Numbered from the stretch's first letter, positions 1 to 9,103 are shown. The stretch: 52,172 bases of DNA from Candidatus Omnitrophota bacterium (GCA_043813255.1 JBDRLG010000063.1:1-52172), one strand, 5' to 3'. Numbers and translations are program-made. The notes: a model not told the origin generated them from the letters alone.

Positions 1-17
1 AAAGGAGAAATTTAAAA

Positions 18-1559
18 ATGATTGAACAAGAATTAACTTTGGAAGAGCTTTATAATCAAAGTATCAAAGTAATACGTGAAGGGCAAATTATCAAAGGAAC
101 GATTGTTTCTATAAAAACAAAAGAAGTTTTAGTGGATGTGGGCTTTAAATCAGAGGGTATCTTGCCTATAGCTGAATTTAGCAAAGAAGATTTAGAAGTA
201 GGCAAAGAAATAGATTTTCTCATAGAATCCATTGAAAATGAAGCAGGGATAATTACTCTTTCCCGCGAAAGGGCAATGCGTATTAAAGGCTGGGACAAGA
301 TAGTTAAAAACCATAATGATGGAGATTTAATTGACGGCAGGCCTGTAAAGAAAGTAAAAGGCGGATTTTTAGTTGATGTCTCCGGAATAGAAGGTTTCCT
401 GCCAGCTTCTTTGTCCGCTTTTAAAGGAGTAGCGGATAAGGATATTCTTAACAAAATGTTTAAGTTTAAAATTGTTAAGGTGAATAATTTTAGGCACAGC
501 ATAATTCTTTCACGCCGCGAAGCAATCCATAAGGAAAAAGAATTTGCTAAAGAAAGAATGTGGATGGAATTAAAGCAGGGAGGGATTTATTCAGGAACAG
601 TAAAAGCGATAACTGATTTCGGAGCTTTTATTGATTTAGGCGGAGTAGATGGGCTGCTGCATATTACAGATATGTCGTGGTCAAAAATCAGCCATCCTTC
701 TGAAATAGTCGCTATGGGGGATAAGATTGAGATTGTGGTTCTTAATTTGGATAAAGATGCCAGTAAGGTATCTCTTGGGTTAAAGCAAAGGTTACCTGAT
801 CCTTGGCAGGATGTTGAATCTAAGTATCAGATAGGCGCTAAAGTTAAGGGTAAGGTTGTAAATATACTGCCTTATGGAGTTTTTGTTGAGCTTGAAAAAG
901 GCATTGAAGGGTTGGTGCATATTTCAGAGATATCCTGGACAAAAAGAGTCAGTAATCCCGGTGAGATGTTCGCGGTAGGTGATATGCTGGAGACTCAGGT
1001 TTTGAGTGTTGATAAAGAAACCCGCAGGATTTCATTAAGCCTTAAACAACTGGAACAGAATCCTTGGCTGGACGCGGAATCAAAATATCCTGTTGGCAGT
1101 AAGATTCAGGGAAAGGTTAGGGGTTTTACAGATTATGGAGCTTTTGTAGAGCTTGATGGAAGCCTTGAGGGGATGATTCATATTTCTGATATGTCTTGGA
1201 CAAAGAGAATAGCTCATCCGCAAGACCTTTTAAAGAAAGGCCAGAAAGTAGATGTGTCTGTTCTTTCTGTAGACGCGCAGAATAGGCGCATTTCTTTAGG
1301 GTTGAAACAGCTTCAAATCAATCCATGGACGGAAATCGCTGAAAAATACCCTTTGGATACTGTTATTGAGGCAGAAGTTGTGAATATAACGGATTTTGGG
1401 ATATTTGTAAAAATTACCGATGAATTGGAAGGGTTGGTTTATGCCAGTGAAATTGATAAAGAAAAAACAGCCCTCTTAAAGCAGGGAGATAAAGTACAGG
1501 TTAAGGTAATGAAAGTAGATGTGGAACAAGCTAAAATCGGGTTGAGTTCGAGAATATAG
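18..1559 (+). CDS. rpsA: 30S ribosomal protein S1
   Basis: Tandem S1 domains (DFGAFIDLGGVDGLLHITDMSW, YGVFVELEKGIEGLVHISEISW, YGAFVELDGSLEGMIHISDMSW). SD AAGGAG upstream. Confidence 0.98.
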   Translation: MIEQELTLEELYNQSIKVIREGQIIKGTIVSIKTKEVLVDVGFKSEGILPIAEFSKEDLEVGKEIDFLIESIENEAGIITLSRERAMRIKGWDKIVKNHNDGDLIDGRPVKKVKGGFLVDVSGIEGFLPASLSAFKGVADKDILNKMFKFKIVKVNNFRHSIILSRREAIHKEKEFAKERMWMELKQGGIYSGTVKAITDFGAFIDLGGVDGLLHITDMSWSKISHPSEIVAMGDKIEIVVLNLDKDASKVSLGLKQRLPDPWQDVESKYQIGAKVKGKVVNILPYGVFVELEKGIEGLVHISEISWTKRVSNPGEMFAVGDMLETQVLSVDKETRRISLSLKQLEQNPWLDAESKYPVGSKIQGKVRGFTDYGAFVELDGSLEGMIHISDMSWTKRIAHPQDLLKKGQKVDVSVLSVDAQNRRISLGLKQLQINPWTEIAEKYPLDTVIEAEVVNITDFGIFVKITDELEGLVYASEIDKEKTALLKQGDKVQVKVMKVDVEQAKIGLSSRI

Positions 1560-1561
1560 AA

Positions 1562-1648
1562 TAGCGTTTAGCGTATAGCGTGTAGCATATAGGAGAAACG
1601 AAACAAAAAAATTCAAACTATCCGCTATACGTTACACGCTATACCCTA
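1562..1648. repeat. Inverted pair of 7-mer tandem arrays (TAGCGTN x4 ... NACGCTA x4) forming an imperfect long hairpin
   Basis: Left arm 1562-1593: tagcgtt tagcgta tagcgtg tagcata tagg. Right arm 1618-1648: cta tccgcta tacgtta cacgcta tacccta. A-rich spacer between. Confidence 0.85.
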
Positions 1649-1657
1649 ATAAAAAAT

Positions 1658-2833
1658 ATGGAAAATATACAAAATCAGTTAGAAATTATTAAACGCGGCG
1701 CGGTTGAAATCGTCTCGGAAGAAGAGCTTAAGAAAAAGTTGGAATATAGTATTGCTAACAATAAGCCTCTTAAAATAAAAGCTGGCTTTGATCCAACTGC
1801 TCCGGATCTTCATTTGGGGCATACTGTTTTATTGAGAAAATTACGCCAGTTTCAGGATTTAGGGCATAAAGTATATTTTTTAATTGGCGATTTTACCGGC
1901 AGGATTGGAGACCCCAGCGGAAGGTCTGAAATAAGGAAACAATTAACTCCCGAGGAAGTCTCTAAAAACGCCGAGACTTATAAAAAACAAGTTTCTAAAA
2001 TTTTGGATATGAATAAATTAGAGGTAGTTTTTAATAGCAGTTGGTTTGAAAAGATGCCGATTTTGGAAATGCTTAAAATTACATCTCATGCTACAGTTGC
2101 TCAGATGACTGCAAGAGCGGATTTCAAAAAAAGGCTGCAGAAGAATGAAGATATTTCTATGCTGGAATTTATGTATCCTCTTTTACAAGGTTATGATTCC
2201 GTGCAATTAGAAGCTGATATAGAATTGGGGGGGACAGATCAGATTTTTAATCTTTTGATTGGCAGAGATATGCAAAAGGATTTTGGCCAATTTCCTCAAG
2301 TGGTTATAACTATGCCTTTGTTAGAGGGCACAGATGGCGTGCAGAAAATGAGCAAGTCTTACGGTAATTATATCGGGATAAATGAAGATGCTTCGCAGAT
2401 ATTTGGCAAGATTATGTCGGTTTCTGATGATTTAATGATCAAATATTATACGCTGTTAACCAATGAAGAACTTGGCCCGATAAGAAGTATGCATCCTAAA
2501 GAAGCAAAGTTGAAACTAGCTGAAATAATCACTTTGCATTACCATTCTAAAGAAGCCGCCCAAAACGCGCGTTTGGAATTTGAGCGGGTATTTAGCTCAA
2601 AAGAACTTCCTCAGGATATGCCGGTAGCCGTGTTGAAATCTGGCAATGCGAATGTTATAGAACTAATGATACAATCGGGTTTGGTAAAAAGTAAAAATGA
2701 AGCCCGCAGGTTGATTCAACAAGACGCGGTTGTCCTTGATGATAAAATATTGAAAGATGAAGAAATAGTTATAGAGAAAGAAGCTGTTTTGAAAGTCGGC
2801 AAAAGGCGGTTTTTGAAATTAGTTAGAGGGTAA
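1658..2833 (+). CDS. tyrS: Tyrosine--tRNA ligase
   Basis: GFDPTAPDLHLGH (HIGH), KMSKS, YPLLQGYD, GGTDQ and a C-terminal S4-like domain (SKNEARRLIQQ...VGKRRF). Confidence 0.98.
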   Translation: MENIQNQLEIIKRGAVEIVSEEELKKKLEYSIANNKPLKIKAGFDPTAPDLHLGHTVLLRKLRQFQDLGHKVYFLIGDFTGRIGDPSGRSEIRKQLTPEEVSKNAETYKKQVSKILDMNKLEVVFNSSWFEKMPILEMLKITSHATVAQMTARADFKKRLQKNEDISMLEFMYPLLQGYDSVQLEADIELGGTDQIFNLLIGRDMQKDFGQFPQVVITMPLLEGTDGVQKMSKSYGNYIGINEDASQIFGKIMSVSDDLMIKYYTLLTNEELGPIRSMHPKEAKLKLAEIITLHYHSKEAAQNARLEFERVFSSKELPQDMPVAVLKSGNANVIELMIQSGLVKSKNEARRLIQQDAVVLDDKILKDEEIVIEKEAVLKVGKRRFLKLVRG

Positions 2834-2872
2834 AAATTAATTTATCATACCCCCTCCCTAGCCCTCCACACA

Positions 2873-3004
2873 GAGACTGGGTTAAATGAAATTGTCATCG
2901 ACGAGACTATTTTGTCATCCCCGAATGTTTTAATCGGGGATCTAAAAATCATCGTCGGAGATTCCCGCTTTCGCGGGAATGACACTCCTATTTGACACAG
3001 TCTC
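2873..3004. mobile_element. 132-bp MITE with 15-bp terminal inverted repeats and CACA target-site duplication
   Basis: Left end GAGACTGGGTTAAAT versus reverse complement of right end GAGACTGTGTCAAAT (13/15). CACA at 2869-2872 and 3005-3008. Confidence 0.8.
2913..2984. repeat. REP-like doublet (TGTCAT...ATGACA ended) inside the MITE
   Basis: tgtcatccccgaatgttttaatcggggatct (2913-2943) and agattcccgctttcgcgggaatgaca (2959-2984). Each half is its own hairpin. Confidence 0.85.
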
Positions 3005-3041
3005 CACAAGGAGGAGGGAAGATTAAAAGGATAATGCAGAA

Positions 3042-4052
3042 GTGAATTCAAAAGATAGATACTCCATAGATCAGCAAAATAGGCTTGTAATTAAACGTAA
3101 AGGAAAGATTCTTCCTGTTAAAGGGCGTTTTGCTGTAGATAAAGATAACCGGCTTTTCTATTGGTTAAATGAACCTGCTGTGTTTAAAAGAGAGCATGGT
3201 TTGCCTTCAAAAATAAATTGGACAGGAAATTTTTCTCTCAGCCCAAATTACGATTTAGTATTTAATTTAAAAGAAACAACTTCTCAGAACCGGCAGGATC
3301 GTTTGGTTCTTAAGGGAAAAATCATTTCTCTAGATAAAGACAGCCTTGTGTTTGAAGTAAAGAGCATTGATAAGCGGGGATTATTATCGGCAAATTTGAT
3401 TAAATTAACCGGCAGTTGGCAGGCAGATGAGTTTAACAGGCTGGTTTTTACCGTGCGTAAAAAGATTTCTGATCATCAACTTATTTTTTCAGGCGCATGG
3501 CAGGTTAATAAAAATCAGCAGATAGAATACCGGTATGAAAAAACCGAGCTAAAAACCAAAAAGAAGTTTTATCATATATTAATATTTAAAGGGCATTGGG
3601 ATATTAATAGCTCTGATAGGCTTAGTTATATACTTTGCAGAAGCACTAAGACAGATTTTGACTTTCGTGTTCAGGCTGAAAGCGCGAATTTATACCCGCG
3701 GGATGGGGTTATTAAATACAGGCTGGGCATAGGATTGAAAAATAACAAGAAAACTAATTATAGAATTATTTCTCTTTATGGAGCCTGGAAGTTTGGGGCT
3801 AATTTAAATTTTTATTTTGATATGGATTATGGCACAAATAAAAAATACAGCATAGGTTTTAATACCAGTTTGGCTTTAAATAAAAAAGATAAGGTTGTCC
3901 TCGCGCTTAAAAAAGGGATGAGAAATCCAATCGGAATGAATTTAGTATTAACGCATTCTTTTTTGAAAAAATTAGACGGGGAGCTTTTTTTAAGGCTGGG
4001 TGGTGACGCGAAAAAACAAAGTGTTGAGGCAGGGGTGCGAATACCGTTTTGA
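3042..4052 (+). CDS. Hypothetical basic protein with repeated Gx(W/F)...L-x-(Y/F) beta units and C-terminal Phe
   Basis: 336-aa ORF with GTG start that fills the gap between two MITEs. Internal repeats visible; no recognised family. Confidence 0.8.
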   Translation: MNSKDRYSIDQQNRLVIKRKGKILPVKGRFAVDKDNRLFYWLNEPAVFKREHGLPSKINWTGNFSLSPNYDLVFNLKETTSQNRQDRLVLKGKIISLDKDSLVFEVKSIDKRGLLSANLIKLTGSWQADEFNRLVFTVRKKISDHQLIFSGAWQVNKNQQIEYRYEKTELKTKKKFYHILIFKGHWDINSSDRLSYILCRSTKTDFDFRVQAESANLYPRDGVIKYRLGIGLKNNKKTNYRIISLYGAWKFGANLNFYFDMDYGTNKKYSIGFNTSLALNKKDKVVLALKKGMRNPIGMNLVLTHSFLKKLDGELFLRLGGDAKKQSVEAGVRIPF

Positions 4053-4063
4053 CGAGTGTCATT

Positions 4064-4207
4064 CAGACTGTGCCGCAATTTTCTTTTTTTGTCATTGCGA
4101 AGGAGCGAAGCCACTGCGGCAATCTTAGTATTCGTCGGAAGAGATAAATAAGATTGCTTCGGCTTCGCCCGCAATGACACTAAGAAAAGTCTATTTGGCA
4201 TAGTCTC
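4064..4207. mobile_element. 144-bp MITE-like element, same terminal repeat family as 2873-3004
   Basis: Left end CAGACTGTGCCGCAAT; right end ATTTGGCATAGTCTC (reverse complement GAGACTATGCCAAAT). No clean target duplication. Confidence 0.6.
4090..4179. repeat. REP-like doublet of GTCATTGCG...GCAATCT / AGATTGC...GCAATGAC type
   Basis: tgtcattgcgaaggagcgaagccactgcggcaatct (4090-4125) and agattgcttcggcttcgcccgcaatgaca (4151-4179). Confidence 0.85.
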
Positions 4208-4224
4208 TCAGGGTGAGGAGTAGT

Positions 4225-5085
4225 ATGAAAGGCATAATTTTAGCTGGCGGCAGGGGAAGCAGGTTGTATCCGGTAACAAAGGCGGTTTGTAAACAACTGC
4301 TTCCGGTTTATGACAAGCCAATGGTCTATTATCCATTGTCAACCTTAATGCTTGCCGGTATCAGAGATATATTGATTATTTCTACTTCTGAGTCTCTGCC
4401 TCAGTTTAAAAATTTATTAGGCGATGGATCTTTTTTGGGTATAAATATATCTTATGCCTGTCAGTCTGAACCAAAAGGTATAGCAGAAAGTTTTATTATC
4501 GCCCAAAATTTTATCGCAAGGGATAAAGTTTGCTTGATTTTAGGAGATAATATATTTTACGGGCATAATTTTACTGAGGTTTTATCCAAATTGTCAAAAG
4601 TTAAGTCCGGCGCTAATATTTTAGGTTATTATGTCCGAGACCCTCAGAGGTATGGGGTACTTGATATTGATAATGATGGCAGGGTTCAATCTATTATTGA
4701 AAAGCCTAAAAACCCTAAAACTAATTGGGCGGTTACCGGTATTTATTTTTACGATAATGATGTTGTTGAAATCGCGAAAAACCTTAAGCCTTCCAAAAGG
4801 GGAGAATTGGAGATAACGGCGGTTAATAATTATTATTTAGAACAGGGAAAATTAAACGCGCAGTTGCTGGGCAGAGGGTATGCCTGGCTTGATATGGGGA
4901 CTTGTGAATCGTTAATAGAGGCTTCAATTTACATAAAAACAATAGAAGAACGCCAAGGCTTGAAAATAGGCTGTATTGAAGAAATTGCTTATAGAATGAA
5001 ATATATAACCGCGCCTCAGCTGGAAAAATTAGCGCGGGGACTACCTAAGAATTACGGGTTATATTTAAAAAGTTTAATGACATAA
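4225..5085 (+). CDS. rfbA: Glucose-1-phosphate thymidylyltransferase
   Basis: [55 protein letters not shown]. Start moved to ATG 4225 behind SD GAGGAG. Confidence 0.97.
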   Translation: MKGIILAGGRGSRLYPVTKAVCKQLLPVYDKPMVYYPLSTLMLAGIRDILIISTSESLPQFKNLLGDGSFLGINISYACQSEPKGIAESFIIAQNFIARDKVCLILGDNIFYGHNFTEVLSKLSKVKSGANILGYYVRDPQRYGVLDIDNDGRVQSIIEKPKNPKTNWAVTGIYFYDNDVVEIAKNLKPSKRGELEITAVNNYYLEQGKLNAQLLGRGYAWLDMGTCESLIEASIYIKTIEERQGLKIGCIEEIAYRMKYITAPQLEKLARGLPKNYGLYLKSLMT

Positions 5086-5100
5086 CTTAATTATAAAAAA

Positions 5101-5919
5101 ATGGATAAAGAGAGAGTCTTAATTTTAGGTAAAGGTTTTATCGGCAGCAGGCTGCAGGAATTTTTAGGATGCAAAATATCCGATAAGAAAATATTCACAT
5201 TTAGGGATGCCGACGAAGAAATAAAAAGATACAGCCCAAAGGCGGTTATTAACTGTATTGGTTATACCGGGCGTAATGTTGACGAATGTGAATTGGAGAA
5301 AGAAAAAACTTTGACTTCAAATAGTTTTGTCCCTTTAATGATTGCTGAAGCGGCTATCCGTAATAATTGCCGGTTAATTCATCTCAGCAGCGGCTGTATT
5401 TACCATTATGACTATTCCCAGCAGCCTATTACAGAAGATAAAATTCCGGATTTTTTTGGCCTATTTTACAGCCGTTCAAAAATTTACTCTGAAAGGGCCT
5501 TGGAAACATTATCTTCTAAATACCCTGTTTTAATTTTACGTATCAGAATACCGTTAGATAGCCGGCCGCATCCAAAAAATATATTGGATAAATTAATCAA
5601 GTATAAAAAAGTCATTGATATCCCAAATTCTTTGACGTATATACCGGATTTTATTGAAGCGATTAAGCATTTTCTAGATAGCGATTGTAGAGGTATTTAT
5701 AATGTGGTAAACAAAGGCGCTTTAAGGTATCCGGAACTTATGGAGGTTTATAAAAAATATAAGCCTGAGTTTCAGTATGAAATTATAGATTATAAGAAGT
5801 TAGGTTTGGTTCGGACTAATCTTGTTTTATCTACTGAGAAATTAGAACGCAGCGGTTTTAAAATACGACCTATTAATGAGGTTTTAGACGAATGCGTAAA
5901 AAATTACTTAAAGTACTAA
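5101..5919 (+). CDS. RmlD-superfamily reductase resembling bifunctional NRS/ER 3,5-epimerase/4-reductase
   Basis: GKGFIG, TGRNVDECE, SSGCIY, FYSRSK (YxxxK), LRIRIP, KLIKYKKVIDIPNSLT, GIYNVVNKG. Confidence 0.8.
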   Translation: MDKERVLILGKGFIGSRLQEFLGCKISDKKIFTFRDADEEIKRYSPKAVINCIGYTGRNVDECELEKEKTLTSNSFVPLMIAEAAIRNNCRLIHLSSGCIYHYDYSQQPITEDKIPDFFGLFYSRSKIYSERALETLSSKYPVLILRIRIPLDSRPHPKNILDKLIKYKKVIDIPNSLTYIPDFIEAIKHFLDSDCRGIYNVVNKGALRYPELMEVYKKYKPEFQYEIIDYKKLGLVRTNLVLSTEKLERSGFKIRPINEVLDECVKNYLKY

Positions 5920-6857
5920 TTACCGGCGGGGCGGGTTTTATTGGCAGTGCTTTTGTAAAGCTTGCTTTAAGAAATAACTGCGAAGTAATTGTTGTGGATA
6001 AAATTACTTACGCTGGAGATTTAAAGAGGCTCCAAGAGGTTAAAGGCAGGTATAAATTCTATAAAACCGATATTTGTGATAAAAAACAGGTTGAATTGGT
6101 TTTAAGTAAAGAACAGCCGCAAATAGTAATAAATTTTGCCGCGGAAACCCACGTTGACAGAAGTATACAGTCCCCGATGCCTTTTATTGATACTAATGTA
6201 AAAGGAGTAATGGTTTTATTAGACGCCTGCCTAAAATTTAGGGTACAGCGTTTTATCCAGATTTCTACGGATGAAGTTTATGGGGATATCCTTAAAGGTA
6301 AATTTAGAGAATCTTCACAATTAAAGCCGAACAGCCCATATTCGGCTTCAAAGGCGTCTGCTGAGTTATTAATTAAGTCTTATGCCCGTACTTATAATTT
6401 CCCCGCGGTAATTATCAGGCCTTCAAATAATTATGGGCCATGGCAGTACCCTGAAAAACTTATTCCTTTGGCAATATTAAAAGTAATTAAAAAGCAGAAG
6501 GTTCCGGTATACGCTAAGGGCCTTAATGTCCGGGAATGGTTATTTGTTGATGATTGCGCCAGAGGGATTTATAAGATTATGAAAGCCGGCAAAACAGGCG
6601 AGATTTATAATCTTGGCAGCAGCGCGGAAAAGAAAAATATAGAGGTAATAAAGAGTCTTTTGTTTATCCTTAAGGCTGATGAAAGTATGATTAGTTTTGT
6701 GAAAGACCGGCCCGGGCATGACTTAAGATACAGCCTTGATTCCAGCAAGGTTAATAGTATAATAAAATGGCGCCCGGAAATAGATTTCGCGCAGGGATTA
6801 AAGCGGACGGTTGACTGGTACCTTAAAAATAAGCAGTGGATGTTGGGTAAAAGGTAG
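5892..6857 (+). CDS. rfbB: dTDP-glucose 4,6-dehydratase
   Basis: [69 protein letters not shown]. Confidence 0.97.
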   Translation: MRKKLLKVLITGGAGFIGSAFVKLALRNNCEVIVVDKITYAGDLKRLQEVKGRYKFYKTDICDKKQVELVLSKEQPQIVINFAAETHVDRSIQSPMPFIDTNVKGVMVLLDACLKFRVQRFIQISTDEVYGDILKGKFRESSQLKPNSPYSASKASAELLIKSYARTYNFPAVIIRPSNNYGPWQYPEKLIPLAILKVIKKQKVPVYAKGLNVREWLFVDDCARGIYKIMKAGKTGEIYNLGSSAEKKNIEVIKSLLFILKADESMISFVKDRPGHDLRYSLDSSKVNSIIKWRPEIDFAQGLKRTVDWYLKNKQWMLGKR

Positions 6858-6916
6858 CCGCAGGCTTCAGCCTGCGTTATAAAACGCAAGCTAAAGCTTG
6901 CGGCTACCATAAATTT
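6853..6916. repeat. GTAG-type REP doublet, copy 1
   Basis: ggtagccgcaggcttcagcctgcg-ttataaaa-cgcaagctaaagcttgcggctacc. 60/64 identical to 13884-13947. Confidence 0.9.
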
Positions 6917-6934
6917 TTTGAAATCAGGAGAATA

Positions 6935-7993
6935 ATGTCTAACGTAATAGTTACAGGGTCTTGTGGATTAATCGGTTCTGAAACGGTAAGCTTTTTTTCT
7001 GAAAAAGGCTTTGATGTCATAGGAATTGATAATAATATGCGAAAGAGGTTTTTTGGCAAAGACGGAAGTATACTTTGGAATAAAAAACGCCTGGAGAAAA
7101 AATATCAAAAATACAGGCACAATGCCATAGATATCCGCAATCAAACCAAAATAAACCGTTTGTTTAAGCAATATGGCAAGGGCATAAACCTGATTGTTCA
7201 TACAGCGGCGCAGCCTTCGCATGACTGGGCGGCAAAAGATCCAATACTGGATTTTGGAGTTAACGCGTTAGGGACGATGGTTTTGCTCGAAGCGTTTAGA
7301 AAGTATTGCCCTAAGGCAGTCTTCATTTTCACATCCACAAATAAAGTTTATGGAGACTGGCCTAATTCTTTGCCCTTTATTGAATTGGATAAAAGATATG
7401 AATTGCCTAAAAGCCATCAATATTACAAGGGTATAGATGAGTCAATGAGCATTGATAATTGCCTGCATAGTTTATTTGGGGCTTCTAAAGTCAGCGCGGA
7501 CGTATTGACGCAGGAATATGGCAGGTATTTCGGGTTAAAAACAGCTGTATTTAGAGGAGGCTGCCTTACCGGGCCCGCTCATTCAGGAGCAGAATTGCAT
7601 GGATTCTTGTCATATTTGGTTAAATGCTGTATTACTAAAAGAAAATATACTATATTCGGCTATAAAGGAAAACAAGTTAGGGATAATATCCATTCTTACG
7701 ATTTGGTAAACGCTTTTTATCATTTTTTTAAAAATCCCCGCGCGGGCGAAGTCTATAATATGGGCGGCAGCAGGTTTTCTAATATCTCTGTTTTGGAAGC
7801 GATAGATATGTGCGAGAAGATTTCCGGAGAAAAAATGAGTTATGAATATTTCGATAAAAACAGGATAGGAGACCATACTTGGTGGATAAGCGATGTTTCA
7901 AAATTTAAATCCCATTATCCGGGATGGGAATATAAATACAATATAGAAGACATGGTAAGGCAGATTTATCAAACGCAGAAAGAAATAGTATAA
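6935..7993 (+). CDS. NAD-dependent epimerase/dehydratase, CDP-paratose 2-epimerase-like
   Basis: [45 protein letters not shown]. Confidence 0.88.
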   Translation: MSNVIVTGSCGLIGSETVSFFSEKGFDVIGIDNNMRKRFFGKDGSILWNKKRLEKKYQKYRHNAIDIRNQTKINRLFKQYGKGINLIVHTAAQPSHDWAAKDPILDFGVNALGTMVLLEAFRKYCPKAVFIFTSTNKVYGDWPNSLPFIELDKRYELPKSHQYYKGIDESMSIDNCLHSLFGASKVSADVLTQEYGRYFGLKTAVFRGGCLTGPAHSGAELHGFLSYLVKCCITKRKYTIFGYKGKQVRDNIHSYDLVNAFYHFFKNPRAGEVYNMGGSRFSNISVLEAIDMCEKISGEKMSYEYFDKNRIGDHTWWISDVSKFKSHYPGWEYKYNIEDMVRQIYQTQKEIV

Positions 7994-8011
7994 AAATTTT
8001 AATAGCTATAA

Positions 8012-9085
8012 ATGAAATATAATTCTATACTGATTACCGGCGGAGCGGGATTTATTGGCGCTAATTTAGCAGTTTCTTTTAAACGCAAGTATCCCAAATT
8101 AGAAGTTATCGCGCTGGATAATTTAAAAAGACGGGGAAGTGAGATCAATATCAGCCGCCTAAAAGAAAATAATATCCGTTTTGTCCACGGGGATATCCGT
8201 AATCCTGAAGATTTAGTTCTAGATACAAAAATTGAATTATTAATAGATTGTTCCGCGGAGCCTTCAGTACTCGCTGGTTTTGGAGATAATCCAGCGTATA
8301 TTATTAATACTAACCTTATAGGTACTATAAATTGTTTGGAATTAGCGCGGAAAGATAAAGCGGATGTGGTTTTTTTATCGACTAGCCGTGTATACCCGTA
8401 TGAAACTATTAATAATATAAAAACTGTTGAGTTGGATACGAGGTTTGAATGGCAGGATAATCAAATTATTAGCGGTTGGTCAAATAAAGGTATAGATATT
8501 AATTTTACTACTGATGGGGCAAAAACTCTTTATAGCGCGACAAAACTTTGTTCAGAAATAATATTACGAGAATATTTAACTATGTATGGTATTAAAGGTA
8601 TAATAAACCGCTGCGGAGTAATTGCCGGCCCTGGGCAGTTTGGCAAATCCGATCAAGGAGTTTTTACTTATTGGATGCTGGCGCATTATTTTAAAAAAGA
8701 ATTAAAATATATCGGTTTTGGCGGCAAGGGTAAACAAGTACGGGATCTTTTGGATATAGAAGATTTTTTTACGTTGATTGATTTACAGGTAGAATGTTTA
8801 GAGAGAATTAACGGGAAAATTTATAATGTAGGAGGCGGCCTGGATATAAGCCTCTCTTTGCTTGAAACCACCGCTCTTTGTGAAAAGATAAGCGGAAATC
8901 ATGTTAATATAACAGAAGATAAAAACACGCGGCAAGGGGATATAAATATTTATTTAACTGATAATAACAGAGTTTTAGCTGATTTAGGCTGGGCGCCCAA
9001 AAAGGCACCGTTAGAAATTTTATCTGGAATTTTTGATTGGATTAAAAATAATGAAAAAAAATTAAGTAAGTTATTCTTAAATTAA
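8012..9085 (+). CDS. NAD-dependent epimerase/dehydratase, CDP-paratose 2-epimerase-like
   Basis: [44 protein letters not shown]. Confidence 0.88.
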   Translation: MKYNSILITGGAGFIGANLAVSFKRKYPKLEVIALDNLKRRGSEINISRLKENNIRFVHGDIRNPEDLVLDTKIELLIDCSAEPSVLAGFGDNPAYIINTNLIGTINCLELARKDKADVVFLSTSRVYPYETINNIKTVELDTRFEWQDNQIISGWSNKGIDINFTTDGAKTLYSATKLCSEIILREYLTMYGIKGIINRCGVIAGPGQFGKSDQGVFTYWMLAHYFKKELKYIGFGGKGKQVRDLLDIEDFFTLIDLQVECLERINGKIYNVGGGLDISLSLLETTALCEKISGNHVNITEDKNTRQGDINIYLTDNNRVLADLGWAPKKAPLEILSGIFDWIKNNEKKLSKLFLN

Positions 9086-9103
9086 AATAAAGGGATTTGA
9101 TTT

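Larger units (their letters stand above)
2850..3020. repeat. CCCTCC/GGAGGG hairpin repeat split by an insertion
   Basis: Removing 2873-3008 gives CCCCCTCCCTAGCCCTCCACACAAGGAGGAGGGAA. The stem CCCTCC (2862-2867) pairs with GGAGGG (3013-3018). Confidence 0.7.

Noticed and set aside
1562-1648. Possible CRISPR array or intrinsic terminator
   Set aside because: Units are 7 bp with no spacers, no cas genes are present, and no U-tract follows the stem.
2845-3051. 68-aa minus-strand ORF
   Set aside because: It is a translation of the nested palindromic repeats, with no protein features.
3827-4201. 124-aa minus-strand ORF
   Set aside because: Antisense to the 3042-4052 gene and running through the REP doublet.
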